In this document: in pieces, positions 56,839-64,000 of the stretch
Layout of the letters: each line of letters starts with the position of its first letter
Position numbering within the stretch: the first letter of the stretch is position 1
NCBI GenBank assembly: GCA_947584535.1
Contig: CANPWO010000004.1
Coordinates: 542-64,541 of the forward strand
From: an uncultured Clostridia bacterium
GTDB taxonomy: Bacteria > Bacillota > Clostridia > TANB77 > CAG-465
DNA length: 64,000 bases
Direction: 5' to 3'
The notes under the pieces: model-generated
The model's input: only the letters and a program-made list of their open reading frames with translations
The model's database searches: none
What the model was told of the DNA's origin: nothing
Position numbers and translations under genes: made by a program

Positions 56839-57007
56839 AACTATAATCTCCTTTTTACAAAATTTAAAGGTATTACATCAAAGTCAGCATATTTCATATT
56901 ACTTTTTCTTTAGACTCATATTATTTTCTAGTTCAGTATTTTTTTATTTCTGTTTTGCACTTCAAAATATATTTGAGTAAGTACAATAACTTTTTTTTCT
57001 GCTATTT

Positions 57008-57226
57008 TCATATTGGCTTACTGATGTCAGTAAAGCAATAATTAATTGGTATTTCACTATTTTCGCATGCAATCATCACTTTGTTAATAATTTTTTTTAG
57101 TTTTACTATTTTGCATATTGTAATACATGCATTAATTCTTTGACATACCAATATTCAATTCCGTTTTCATCAATATGCTTAATATCTTCAAAACTTTTAC
57201 TAATATTTTTATATAGTTTATTCGTT
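57008..57226 (-). pseudogene. remnant of a DNA-damage-inducible protein D (dinD)-like gene
   Basis: Two adjacent minus-strand frames read ...NKLYKNISKSFEDIKHIDENGIEYWYVKELMHVLQYAK* and KIVKLKKIINKVMIACENSEIPINYCFTDISKPI*. This resembles the DinD N-terminus (FE.IKh.dE.G.E.W.AReL...LgY..W.nF..VI.KA...C..S....dHF). There is no start codon, a frameshift is present, and the rest of the gene is absent. Confidence 0.5.
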
Positions 57227-57451
57227 TGAAATTATCTCTATTTCTTTGAATGTTATTTTACAACAATTTCAAATTTATTGCAATACAATATGTGGCATAT
57301 TTTTTTTTTAAAGACCGTTTCTTTTTGAAACGGTTTGAAGTTTTCGTGTTTCAGCAAATTTTTATAAGATTGAAATAAGAGTTATATGAAGACTTATGAA
57401 AAATGGACAAAAACTCGTCTTGGTGTCCTAAAGGAAGATGTACAATAATTT

Positions 57452-58270
57452 TTATTTTTTATTAATATAACTATAAACCATATTTTTATAATTTTCTAAA
57501 AATTTATTTCTAGTCTTTTCATCTAAAGAGTTTAGATTTAAATATGGTGCAGAATCCCCTATTTCCAAAAGTAATAGTTTCCCATTAGGCAATTTCAAAA
57601 AATCTATTCTTTGAACTCCAACAAAGTTTTTATCACATAAATTAGCAAATTGTTGAGCCAACTCTAATTCATCACTTGTGTAATTATATAAGTTTGGTAT
57701 AGGATAAATTGGCTTTTTACTGGGCACAAATTCTAAAACATATTGAAATTCTTTATTTATAAAATAAAACTCAACTTCTTTTTCAAATTCTATTTTTGGC
57801 TGTATAATATAACTTTCATTTTCTATAATTTCATTTTTCTTTTTGTCAAGTATTCCAAATCCATCATATCCTTTAATTGGTTTTAACAAAAATTCATAAT
57901 CATCAGCATATGTATTAAAATCTGATATTTTTCTTGATGTCGGAATAACTTGATATCCTTTATTGAATAAATCTTCTAAGTAAATTTTTCCATTATCATC
58001 AAATTTACTATTCAGGTTAATTGTTGGAATTTTTTTACTTTTTAGTCTATTTTTTAAATTTAATATATTATTTTTATCTTGCAAAAAATTTTCACTATCT
58101 AGATGCCAAATATTTCTTAACAAAATGACATCAAAGAAATCATCCAATTCTTCACAATAGTCTTGTCTTGAAATAGTAACATGATGTCCATCTTTAATAA
58201 AAGATTTTGCTATAAAGCAATCTTCTTTTAATCCAGGATTATCTATGTCAGTAACAATTAATATTTTAAT
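57452..58270 (-). CDS. ATP-grasp family protein, probable ATT start
   Basis: The ORF-track version (231 aa, TTG at 58147) lacks an SD. The frame stays open upstream to 58276 and encodes a pre-ATP-grasp-like IKILIVTDIDNPGLKEDCFIAKSFIKDGHHVTI. The only SD (aaggag) sits 9 nt before ATT 58270. ATP-grasp-like strands are LLKPIKGYDGFGI, IIQPKIEF.KEVEFYF and QRIDFLKLPNGKLLLLEI. Confidence 0.55.
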   Translation of the reverse strand: MKILIVTDIDNPGLKEDCFIAKSFIKDGHHVTISRQDYCEELDDFFDVILLRNIWHLDSENFLQDKNNILNLKNRLKSKKIPTINLNSKFDDNGKIYLEDLFNKGYQVIPTSRKISDFNTYADDYEFLLKPIKGYDGFGILDKKKNEIIENESYIIQPKIEFEKEVEFYFINKEFQYVLEFVPSKKPIYPIPNLYNYTSDELELAQQFANLCDKNFVGVQRIDFLKLPNGKLLLLEIGDSAPYLNLNSLDEKTRNKFLENYKNMVYSYINKK

Positions 58271-58405
58271 ATCTAGTCACTCCTTTACTTTAATTTAATT
58301 TGACAAAGTCAAATTACAAGTGTGTTTTCTAAATTGACATCTATCTATTAAATTTAAAAACTCGAACTAATCAAATAATTTGAAAGTTCGAGTTTATTAT
58401 ATATT

Positions 58406-58491
58406 TGGTGGGCAGAGATGGATTCGAACCATCGTAGGCGTAAGCCAACAGATTTACAGTCTGCCTCCTTTAGCCACTCGGACATCTACCC
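58406..58491 (-). tRNA. tRNA-Tyr: tRNA-Tyr (anticodon GTA), encoded CCA
   Basis: The minus strand reads GGGTAGATGTCCGAGTGGCTAAAGGAGGCAGACTGTAAATCTGTTGGCTTACGCCTACGATGGTTCGAATCCATCTCTGCCCACCA. It folds as a cloverleaf with a long variable arm, a CTGTAAA anticodon loop and a GGTTCGAATCC T-loop. Confidence 0.93.
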
Positions 58492-58500
58492 ATATAAAAA

Positions 58501-58577
58501 TGGTGGGCCTTCAGGGACTCGAACCCCGGACCATCCGGTTATGAGCCGGGTGCTCTAACCAACTGAGCTAAAGGCCC
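58501..58577 (-). tRNA. tRNA-Ile2/Met(CAT): tRNA with CAT anticodon, most likely tRNA-Ile2 (lysidine) rather than elongator Met
   Basis: The minus strand reads GGGCCTTTAGCTCAGTTGGTTAGAGCACCCGGCTCATAACCGGATGGTCCGGGGTTCGAGTCCCTGAAGGCCCACCA. The acceptor/D-arm and the CTCATAA loop closely resemble Bacillus tRNA-Ile(CAU). Confidence 0.85.
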
Positions 58578-58695
58578 ACTACTGTGGAACATTTATATTA
58601 TAAAATATTTGATAAAAAATGTCAATACTTTTACAAGAAAAATTTTTATTATTCCATCAGTATATATTATTCAGTAAATAACTATTTAATACGAT

Positions 58696-59790
58696 TTACA
58701 CATTAAATCTAAATAAAATAATATCTCCATCTTTAACAATATAATCTTTTCCCTCAAGTCTTACTAATCCCTTCTCTTTTGTAGCATTCATAGAACCATA
58801 CTTTATTAAGTCATCATAAGAAACTACTTCTGCTTTTATAAAACCTCTTTCAAAGTCAGAGTGTATTTTGCCAGCAGCTTGAGGAGCTTTTGTACCTTCT
58901 TTTATAGTCCAAGCTCTAACTTCTTGTTTACCTGCAGTAAGAAAAGATATAAGTCCAAGTAAACTATAACTTGCTTTAATTAATTTATCAAGTCCTGACT
59001 CTTTAATACCATAGTCTTGCATTAATGCTATTCTATCTTCATCATCTAACTCACTTAAATCTTCTTCAAGCTTTGCACAAAGCACTATTACTTTAGCATT
59101 TTCTTTACTAGCATAATCTTTTACTTTTAATACATATGGGTCATTTTCCATATTATCAATTTGTTCTTCAGAAACATTTGCAACATATATTGTAGGCTTG
59201 CTTGTTAAAAGATAAATATCTTTAATTAATGCGTTTTCGTCCTCATTCATTTCAAATGTTCTAACAGGTTTTCCTGCTTCAAGGTGTATAAGAAGTCTAT
59301 CTAATAATTCTTTTTCTTCTTTTGCTTTTTTATCACCTGATTTTAGTAATTTAGTTACTCTTTCCATTCTTTTGTTTATTGTTTCTATATCGGAAAAAAT
59401 AAGCTCAAGTGATATTGTTTCTATATCATCTATTGGATCAATTCTTCCTTCAACATGCACTATTTTTTCATCTTCAAAACATCTAACAATATGAGCTATT
59501 GCATCAGTTTCACGAATATGTGATAAGAATTTATTTCCAAGTCCTTCACCTTTTGAAGCACCTTTTACAAGCCCAGCAATATCAACAAATTCAATAGTTG
59601 CATAGGTCGTTTTATCACTATCATACATTTTTGTAAGTACATCAATTCTATTATCTGGTACAGTTACCATACCAACATTTGGCTCAATAGTACAAAATGG
59701 ATAATTTGCACTTTCAGCACCTGCTTTTGTTATTGCATTAAAAAGAGTTGACTTACCAACATTAGGTAGTCCTACTATTCCTATTTTCAC
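58696..59790 (-). CDS. ychF: redox-regulated ribosome-binding ATPase YchF
   Basis: The start is set at GTG 59790 (MKIGIVGLPNVGKST), 10 nt after SD aaagga. A TGS domain sits at the C-terminus. Confidence 0.93.
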   Translation of the reverse strand: MKIGIVGLPNVGKSTLFNAITKAGAESANYPFCTIEPNVGMVTVPDNRIDVLTKMYDSDKTTYATIEFVDIAGLVKGASKGEGLGNKFLSHIRETDAIAHIVRCFEDEKIVHVEGRIDPIDDIETISLELIFSDIETINKRMERVTKLLKSGDKKAKEEKELLDRLLIHLEAGKPVRTFEMNEDENALIKDIYLLTSKPTIYVANVSEEQIDNMENDPYVLKVKDYASKENAKVIVLCAKLEEDLSELDDEDRIALMQDYGIKESGLDKLIKASYSLLGLISFLTAGKQEVRAWTIKEGTKAPQAAGKIHSDFERGFIKAEVVSYDDLIKYGSMNATKEKGLVRLEGKDYIVKDGDIILFRFNV

Positions 59791-59909
59791 TAAAAACACA
59801 TCCTTTAATATACATATAATATTATATCAAAGAATTTGCATAAGTCAATAATTAAATAATGTTAACAAATAAAGTCGTTTTTTCATAATGTATTATATGG
59901 TGAATTATT

Positions 59910-60386
59910 ATGAGAGTAATAAAAAAAATAATAAATGAAAGTGAGATGACAAGGAGTAAAGAGGCTAGAAAAAAAACAACTAAAATACTTCTTTGTCCCT
60001 TTTATAATAAAGAAATAATTAAGTATATAGAAAGTCTTAAATATCAAGATGAAATGTATTTGTCTTTCCACTATTTAATTGACTATAAAGGAAAGATATT
60101 AAATATTATACCAGATAAAGAAGTAGCTTATCCAACATCTTGCATTGATTTAGATTTAGAATGTATTTCTATAGGAATATATATAAAGGAAAAAAAAGAA
60201 AAGTTAGTAGCAAAACAAATAAAGAGTATAAAATATCTAGTAAAGTATATATGTAACAAATATAATCTAACAAAAAATGATGTTATAATTTCATACAATA
60301 TATTTAATACTAGAGAATTCGAATATTATATAGATAATTATTTCGAGTTTATAGACTTAATATATAACGATTTTAAAGCTAAATAA
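59910..60386 (+). CDS. hypothetical protein with degenerate amidase_2/PGRP-like core
   Basis: 158 aa. The segment LSFHYLIDYKGKILNIIPDKEVAYPT...CISIGIYI...QIKSIKYLVKYICNKYNL follows the N-acetylmuramoyl-L-alanine amidase (family 2) pattern, but the expected Zn-ligand His positions are not evident. Confidence 0.35.
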   Translation: MRVIKKIINESEMTRSKEARKKTTKILLCPFYNKEIIKYIESLKYQDEMYLSFHYLIDYKGKILNIIPDKEVAYPTSCIDLDLECISIGIYIKEKKEKLVAKQIKSIKYLVKYICNKYNLTKNDVIISYNIFNTREFEYYIDNYFEFIDLIYNDFKAK

Positions 60387-60509
60387 AAATATATTTGTAT
60401 TTATTGATTTTATAAGCAATGTATGATATACTATTTCCGTAATTTATAGTGCTACTTACTATAATAAGTTAAGTAAAAAAAATAAAACAATTGTTAGGAG
60501 GAGAAGATT

Positions 60510-60980
60510 ATGGAAAATTTAATGGTAAAATCTATGGCAAAAAGATATGAAGAATATCTTAGTACACATGATTTAATAACTCGGGAAGCAAAAAGCATTT
60601 ATTATTTTGTTATGAGTACATTAGAATCTATATTTTGGAGATTTGAGCGTTTATCTAATTTTGCTGTTGATTTATATGCAAATGAAGATAAGATAGTAAT
60701 GGTTTTATATATGCCAAGTGGAAAAGAGTATAAATTTGAATATTATTCAACTAATGATTGTAGCAATGGAAAATTAAGTAAGATGTTATATAAGTTTGTA
60801 GAAATTTTTAACAATATCAATTATCCATTAACAGATAAAATTTCATCGCCTGTATTTTATGCATATTATTACAGTGAAAAATTAGATAATGGAACATATA
60901 AAGGATGTTATAGAGTACATATAAGTGTTGAGATGTTAACTAACGTTAATAATAATCCTGAAGATCATGCGTTTGATTAA
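60510..60980 (+). CDS. hypothetical protein
   Basis: 156 aa. SD aggagg is present. No motif recognised. Confidence 0.5.
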   Translation: MENLMVKSMAKRYEEYLSTHDLITREAKSIYYFVMSTLESIFWRFERLSNFAVDLYANEDKIVMVLYMPSGKEYKFEYYSTNDCSNGKLSKMLYKFVEIFNNINYPLTDKISSPVFYAYYYSEKLDNGTYKGCYRVHISVEMLTNVNNNPEDHAFD

Positions 60981-61020
60981 ATTAAAGAGGGTGTCCTTAT
61001 TTTTAGGACGCCCCCTTTTG

Positions 61021-62427
61021 CTATAATATATCACTTAAATGTGTAATGTCACCAGCTCCAACAGTAAGTATTAAGTCGTTAGGTTCCATTTTTTCTTTAA
61101 TAAATTTTGCAATATCTTCAAACTTTGATATATGAGTTGCATTAACTTTATTTTTTCTAAGCAAATCTACTAAGTCTTTTGCAGATATACTTCCATCATC
61201 TACTTCTCTTGCAGCATATATATCAGTTATAACTACAATATCAGCATCAGAGAAAGATGTAGAAAAATCGTTTAAAAGTTCTTTTGTTCTACTATATGTA
61301 TGAGGTTGAAATACTGCTATTATTTTGTTATGCTCTTTTTGTTTTGCAGCAGCAAGAGTTGCTTTTACTTCTGTTGGGTGATGAGCATAATCATCATAAA
61401 CTAAAATATTATCTCCTAAATCTTTTTTTAGTTCAAATCTTCTATTTGCACCACAGAAATCATTAAGACTCTTTCTCATTTGAGATATTTTTATACCATG
61501 TGCATAAGAAGTAGTAATAGCAGCTAAAGCATCATACACATTGTGTATACCAGGTACTGTAAGATAAAAGCTATGTTTTTCTAAAGTATCTGGATCAACA
61601 ACATCAAATGAATAGAAACCTTTAATATTACATGAGATATTTTTAGCATAAATTGTTGCACTAGGCTCACTAAGTGAGAAAGTAAATACTTTTATATTAT
61701 TTCTTTTAATTTCATCTTTAATTTCATCTAAAACTTCCATTGAGTTAATATCATCTTGATTTATAATTAGATAGCCGTTTTTAGGTAGCATAAGCATAAA
61801 TTTTTTAAATGAAGCTTTTATTTCGTCAATGCCTGAGAAGTAATCTAAATGATCTTCATCAATATTAAGTATTGTAGCAGTATGATGTGGAAAGTTTAGA
61901 AAACTATCTACATATTCACAAGATTCAATTATAAAATACTCAGAATCACTTATTCTATAGTTTAAGTTTCCTAATTTTTTTAGCTTACCACCAATTTGAA
62001 TGTTTGGGTCAAGTCCTGCATCTATAAATATTGATGCTACCATTGATGTAGTCGTAGTTTTTCCATGTGTACCACAAATACATATAGGAGTATCATAACA
62101 TTTTAAAAGAAGTCCTAAGAATTTTGCTCTTTCAAATGTAGGAATATTTAAAGCTTTAGCACGTACATATTCAGGATCATGTTGATTAATTGCAGAAGTG
62201 TAAACAACAATATCCGCATCTTTAACAAGTTCTGCGTGTGAACCAATATATACAGGGATATCGTTTTCTTTTAATATATTTATCATATCGCCACTATTTT
62301 TATCAGAGCCAGTAACTATATATCCAGCCTTTTTTAAAATAATGGCAATAGCACTCATACTAACTCCACCAATACCTATCATATGTATTTTATTTATATT
62401 TTTTAAAGTTTTAAATTCTTTTCCCAT
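61021..62427 (-). CDS. murC: UDP-N-acetylmuramate-L-alanine ligase
   Basis: 468 aa with IHMIGIGGVSMSAIA, GTHGKTTTTSM and DDYAHHPTE. Confidence 0.95.
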   Translation of the reverse strand: MGKEFKTLKNINKIHMIGIGGVSMSAIAIILKKAGYIVTGSDKNSGDMINILKENDIPVYIGSHAELVKDADIVVYTSAINQHDPEYVRAKALNIPTFERAKFLGLLLKCYDTPICICGTHGKTTTTSMVASIFIDAGLDPNIQIGGKLKKLGNLNYRISDSEYFIIESCEYVDSFLNFPHHTATILNIDEDHLDYFSGIDEIKASFKKFMLMLPKNGYLIINQDDINSMEVLDEIKDEIKRNNIKVFTFSLSEPSATIYAKNISCNIKGFYSFDVVDPDTLEKHSFYLTVPGIHNVYDALAAITTSYAHGIKISQMRKSLNDFCGANRRFELKKDLGDNILVYDDYAHHPTEVKATLAAAKQKEHNKIIAVFQPHTYSRTKELLNDFSTSFSDADIVVITDIYAAREVDDGSISAKDLVDLLRKNKVNATHISKFEDIAKFIKEKMEPNDLILTVGAGDITHLSDIL

Positions 62428-62584
62428 TTTAAAAACCGCCCTCTATTAACTCTCATATTATATAAAATTTTTAGCAAATAGTCAATTATTTCTACTAATT
62501 TTGTCTAATACTGTCAAACGATATACATTTAATTGAAAGATTTATAACTATAATATATAATGGTGTCGAAATGGAGGAGTAGCA

Positions 62585-63775
62585 ATGATAGTAGAACAAT
62601 TTATAATAATATTTACAGAAATAATCTTAGTTATATTATTAAGTTATAAATGTATAAAAAAATGTGCACCTGAAAATATAATAATTATACCAATAATAAT
62701 ACTACTTGCTTGTACATATATATTTTTTACAATAAATAATAAGTATATACCTTTAATATTTCAAATTAGTTTGATTTTATTTGGATATATTATACCATTA
62801 GTAGCCATAGCTTTACAGTATAATAATATTATAATAGCAAGAAAAATATTATATTATAGGATGAAATATTTATTTAATTTGAAAGAATATGAACAAACAA
62901 TAAATTATATTAATAAACTTATTTCGTATGAGGGAAGAAAGGCAGAGTATTTATATATACTTGGAATATGTTATAAAAACTTAAATGATTATATAAACGC
63001 AAGAGATTCTTTTGCACTTGCTACAGATTTAGATAAAGAAGATTACAAATCATATTATGAATTAGGACGAATTTTAGATGAAACTAATAAAAGAGATACT
63101 GCTATTGTTATGTTTAACAAAGCAATAAAAATAAACCAAAATTTTTACGAGGCAAGAGAGGCACTTGGAATATGTTTCACAAGACAAGGAAAATTTAAAG
63201 AGGCGGTAAGTGTATATAAAAAAGCATTAGAAAAATTCCCAAATTCTTATGAGTTATATTATAATATTGCAATTATAGAGCTTGAATTAGAAAAATTAGA
63301 TGAAGCAAAGGCTGCATTTAAAAAGGCAGGAGAGATAAAAAAAGATTTATACTCTGCATTCTATAATTTAGGTAATGTACACCTAATGTTAGAAGAATAT
63401 GATGAGGCAATTAATGAGTATAGAAAAATACTAACTTCAGGTATATATGGGCCAAAAGCATATTACAAAATTGCAACTGCATATGCAATTAAAAGAGAAT
63501 ATGAAAAATCAATGGCATCTCTTGAATACGCAATTGAGCTTGATCCTATATATATAAAAAAAGCTAAAGAAGATTTTGTGTTTAGTCAAATGCAAAATAT
63601 AATCAATAGATATTTAATAGATAAAGAAATATTAGAGAATAAGGAAAAGCAAAGAAGAAATTATATGAAAAATACATTTAAGATATTTTCTAAGAAAGAT
63701 ATTTTAGACGAAGATTATAGTAAAAATTATAACCCAGATAGTTATCAAAATAAAGTTGACATTAAACACGCGTAA
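62585..63775 (+). CDS. membrane-anchored TPR-repeat protein
   Basis: 396 aa. Three N-terminal TM helices are followed by about 7 TPR units (for example YLYILGICYKNLNDYINARDSFALATDLD). Confidence 0.75.
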   Translation: MIVEQFIIIFTEIILVILLSYKCIKKCAPENIIIIPIIILLACTYIFFTINNKYIPLIFQISLILFGYIIPLVAIALQYNNIIIARKILYYRMKYLFNLKEYEQTINYINKLISYEGRKAEYLYILGICYKNLNDYINARDSFALATDLDKEDYKSYYELGRILDETNKRDTAIVMFNKAIKINQNFYEAREALGICFTRQGKFKEAVSVYKKALEKFPNSYELYYNIAIIELELEKLDEAKAAFKKAGEIKKDLYSAFYNLGNVHLMLEEYDEAINEYRKILTSGIYGPKAYYKIATAYAIKREYEKSMASLEYAIELDPIYIKKAKEDFVFSQMQNIINRYLIDKEILENKEKQRRNYMKNTFKIFSKKDILDEDYSKNYNPDSYQNKVDIKHA

Positions 63776-63852
63776 ATAAAAAATTTACTAAAAAACTTGA
63801 TTTTAAAGTATAGATAGGGTATAATGGAAAAGTATTAAATTTAATACTTTTT

Positions 63853-63938
63853 GCAGGTATGCTGGAACTGGCAGACAGGATGGTCTCAAAAACCATTGCC
63901 CTTGTGGCGTGTGGGTTCAAGTCCCACTACCTGTACCA
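63853..63938 (+). tRNA. tRNA-Leu: tRNA-Leu (anticodon CAA), encoded CCA
   Basis: The sequence is GCAGGTATGCTGGAACTGGCAGACAGGATGGTCTCAAAAACCATTGCCCTTGTGGCGTGTGGGTTCAAGTCCCACTACCTGTACCA. The anticodon stem is ATGGT/ACCAT with loop CTCAAAA. It has a long variable arm and a GGTTCAAGTCC T-loop. Confidence 0.9.
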
Positions 63939-64000
63939 ATATAGATGTTTTTATAGTACTTTATAGTTCTATAATGACATCTTTTTATTTACGTTTTTTT

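Noticed and set aside
57311-57335. The hairpin ccgtttc-ttttt-gaaacgg, preceded by a T10 run, considered as a terminator.
   Set aside because: The T-run is on the wrong side of the stem for the plus strand, and the minus strand has an A-run after the stem. It is probably a relic within the degraded region.
58299-58317. A perfect palindrome, aatttgac-aaa-gtcaaatt, upstream of the ATP-grasp gene, considered as an operator.
   Set aside because: It is a single occurrence with no cognate regulator gene nearby, and it could simply be overlapping -35-like TTGAC elements. It is noted but cannot be supported.

Overview
Very AT-rich segment (about 25-30% GC by eye), densely coded and read by hand from the ORF track. 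It looks like the chromosome of an endospore-forming Firmicute, probably Clostridia-like, given spoIIE, ytfI/ytfJ and a Spo0A-type domain. No database search was possible, so every family call rests on motifs visible in the translations.

Most of the window is housekeeping:
- Replication, repair and segregation: dnaE, addB, scpB, nusB-xseA-xseB.
- Cell wall and envelope: glmS with its ribozyme, murC, an Asp23/AmaP/DUF2273 cluster, NfeD-SPFH, an M23 peptidase.
- Translation and RNA: rpsO, ychF, a TtcA-like PP-loop ATPase, a short alaS-like gene plus HIT, and three tRNAs (Tyr-GTA, CAT, Leu-CAA).
- Transport and metabolism: a CzrA/CadC-like repressor with a Zn/Cd P-type ATPase, a Ca2+/Na+ antiporter, an acyl-CoA ligase, a heterodimeric ABC exporter, an M19 dipeptidase.

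I saw no CRISPR array, no intact transposon or prophage, and no recognisable multi-gene defence system. Many intergenic regions carry near-consensus sigma-A promoters (TTGACA-16/18-TATAAT) and clear hairpin plus T-run terminators.

The parts these annotations do not explain, and which I rank highest, are:
1. A processive GT2 synthase followed by three tandem paralogous TM-loop-TM mini-proteins.
2. A receiver-less Spo0A DNA-binding domain gene.
3. A strongly promoted minus-strand operon of a 138-aa protein plus two duplicated basic Cys/His-rich 60-aa proteins.
4. A dockerin-bearing GH73 autolysin next to a membrane-anchored cadherin-like surface protein.
5. A P-loop NTPase fused to a CYTH domain that lacks the ExExK acidic residues.
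6. A strongly Shine-Dalgarno-led 13-codon uORF spanning the glmS ribozyme cleavage site.
7. A C-Ala-less alaS with a Cys cluster.
8. A decayed accessory patch between xseB and a tRNA pair, holding a dinD remnant and an ATP-grasp gene with an apparent ATT start.

Two genes (agcS-like and an ABC exporter half) each carry a single extra C in a CA[C]GG context. None of these is demonstrated to be a novel system; each is a hypothesis with a stated test.
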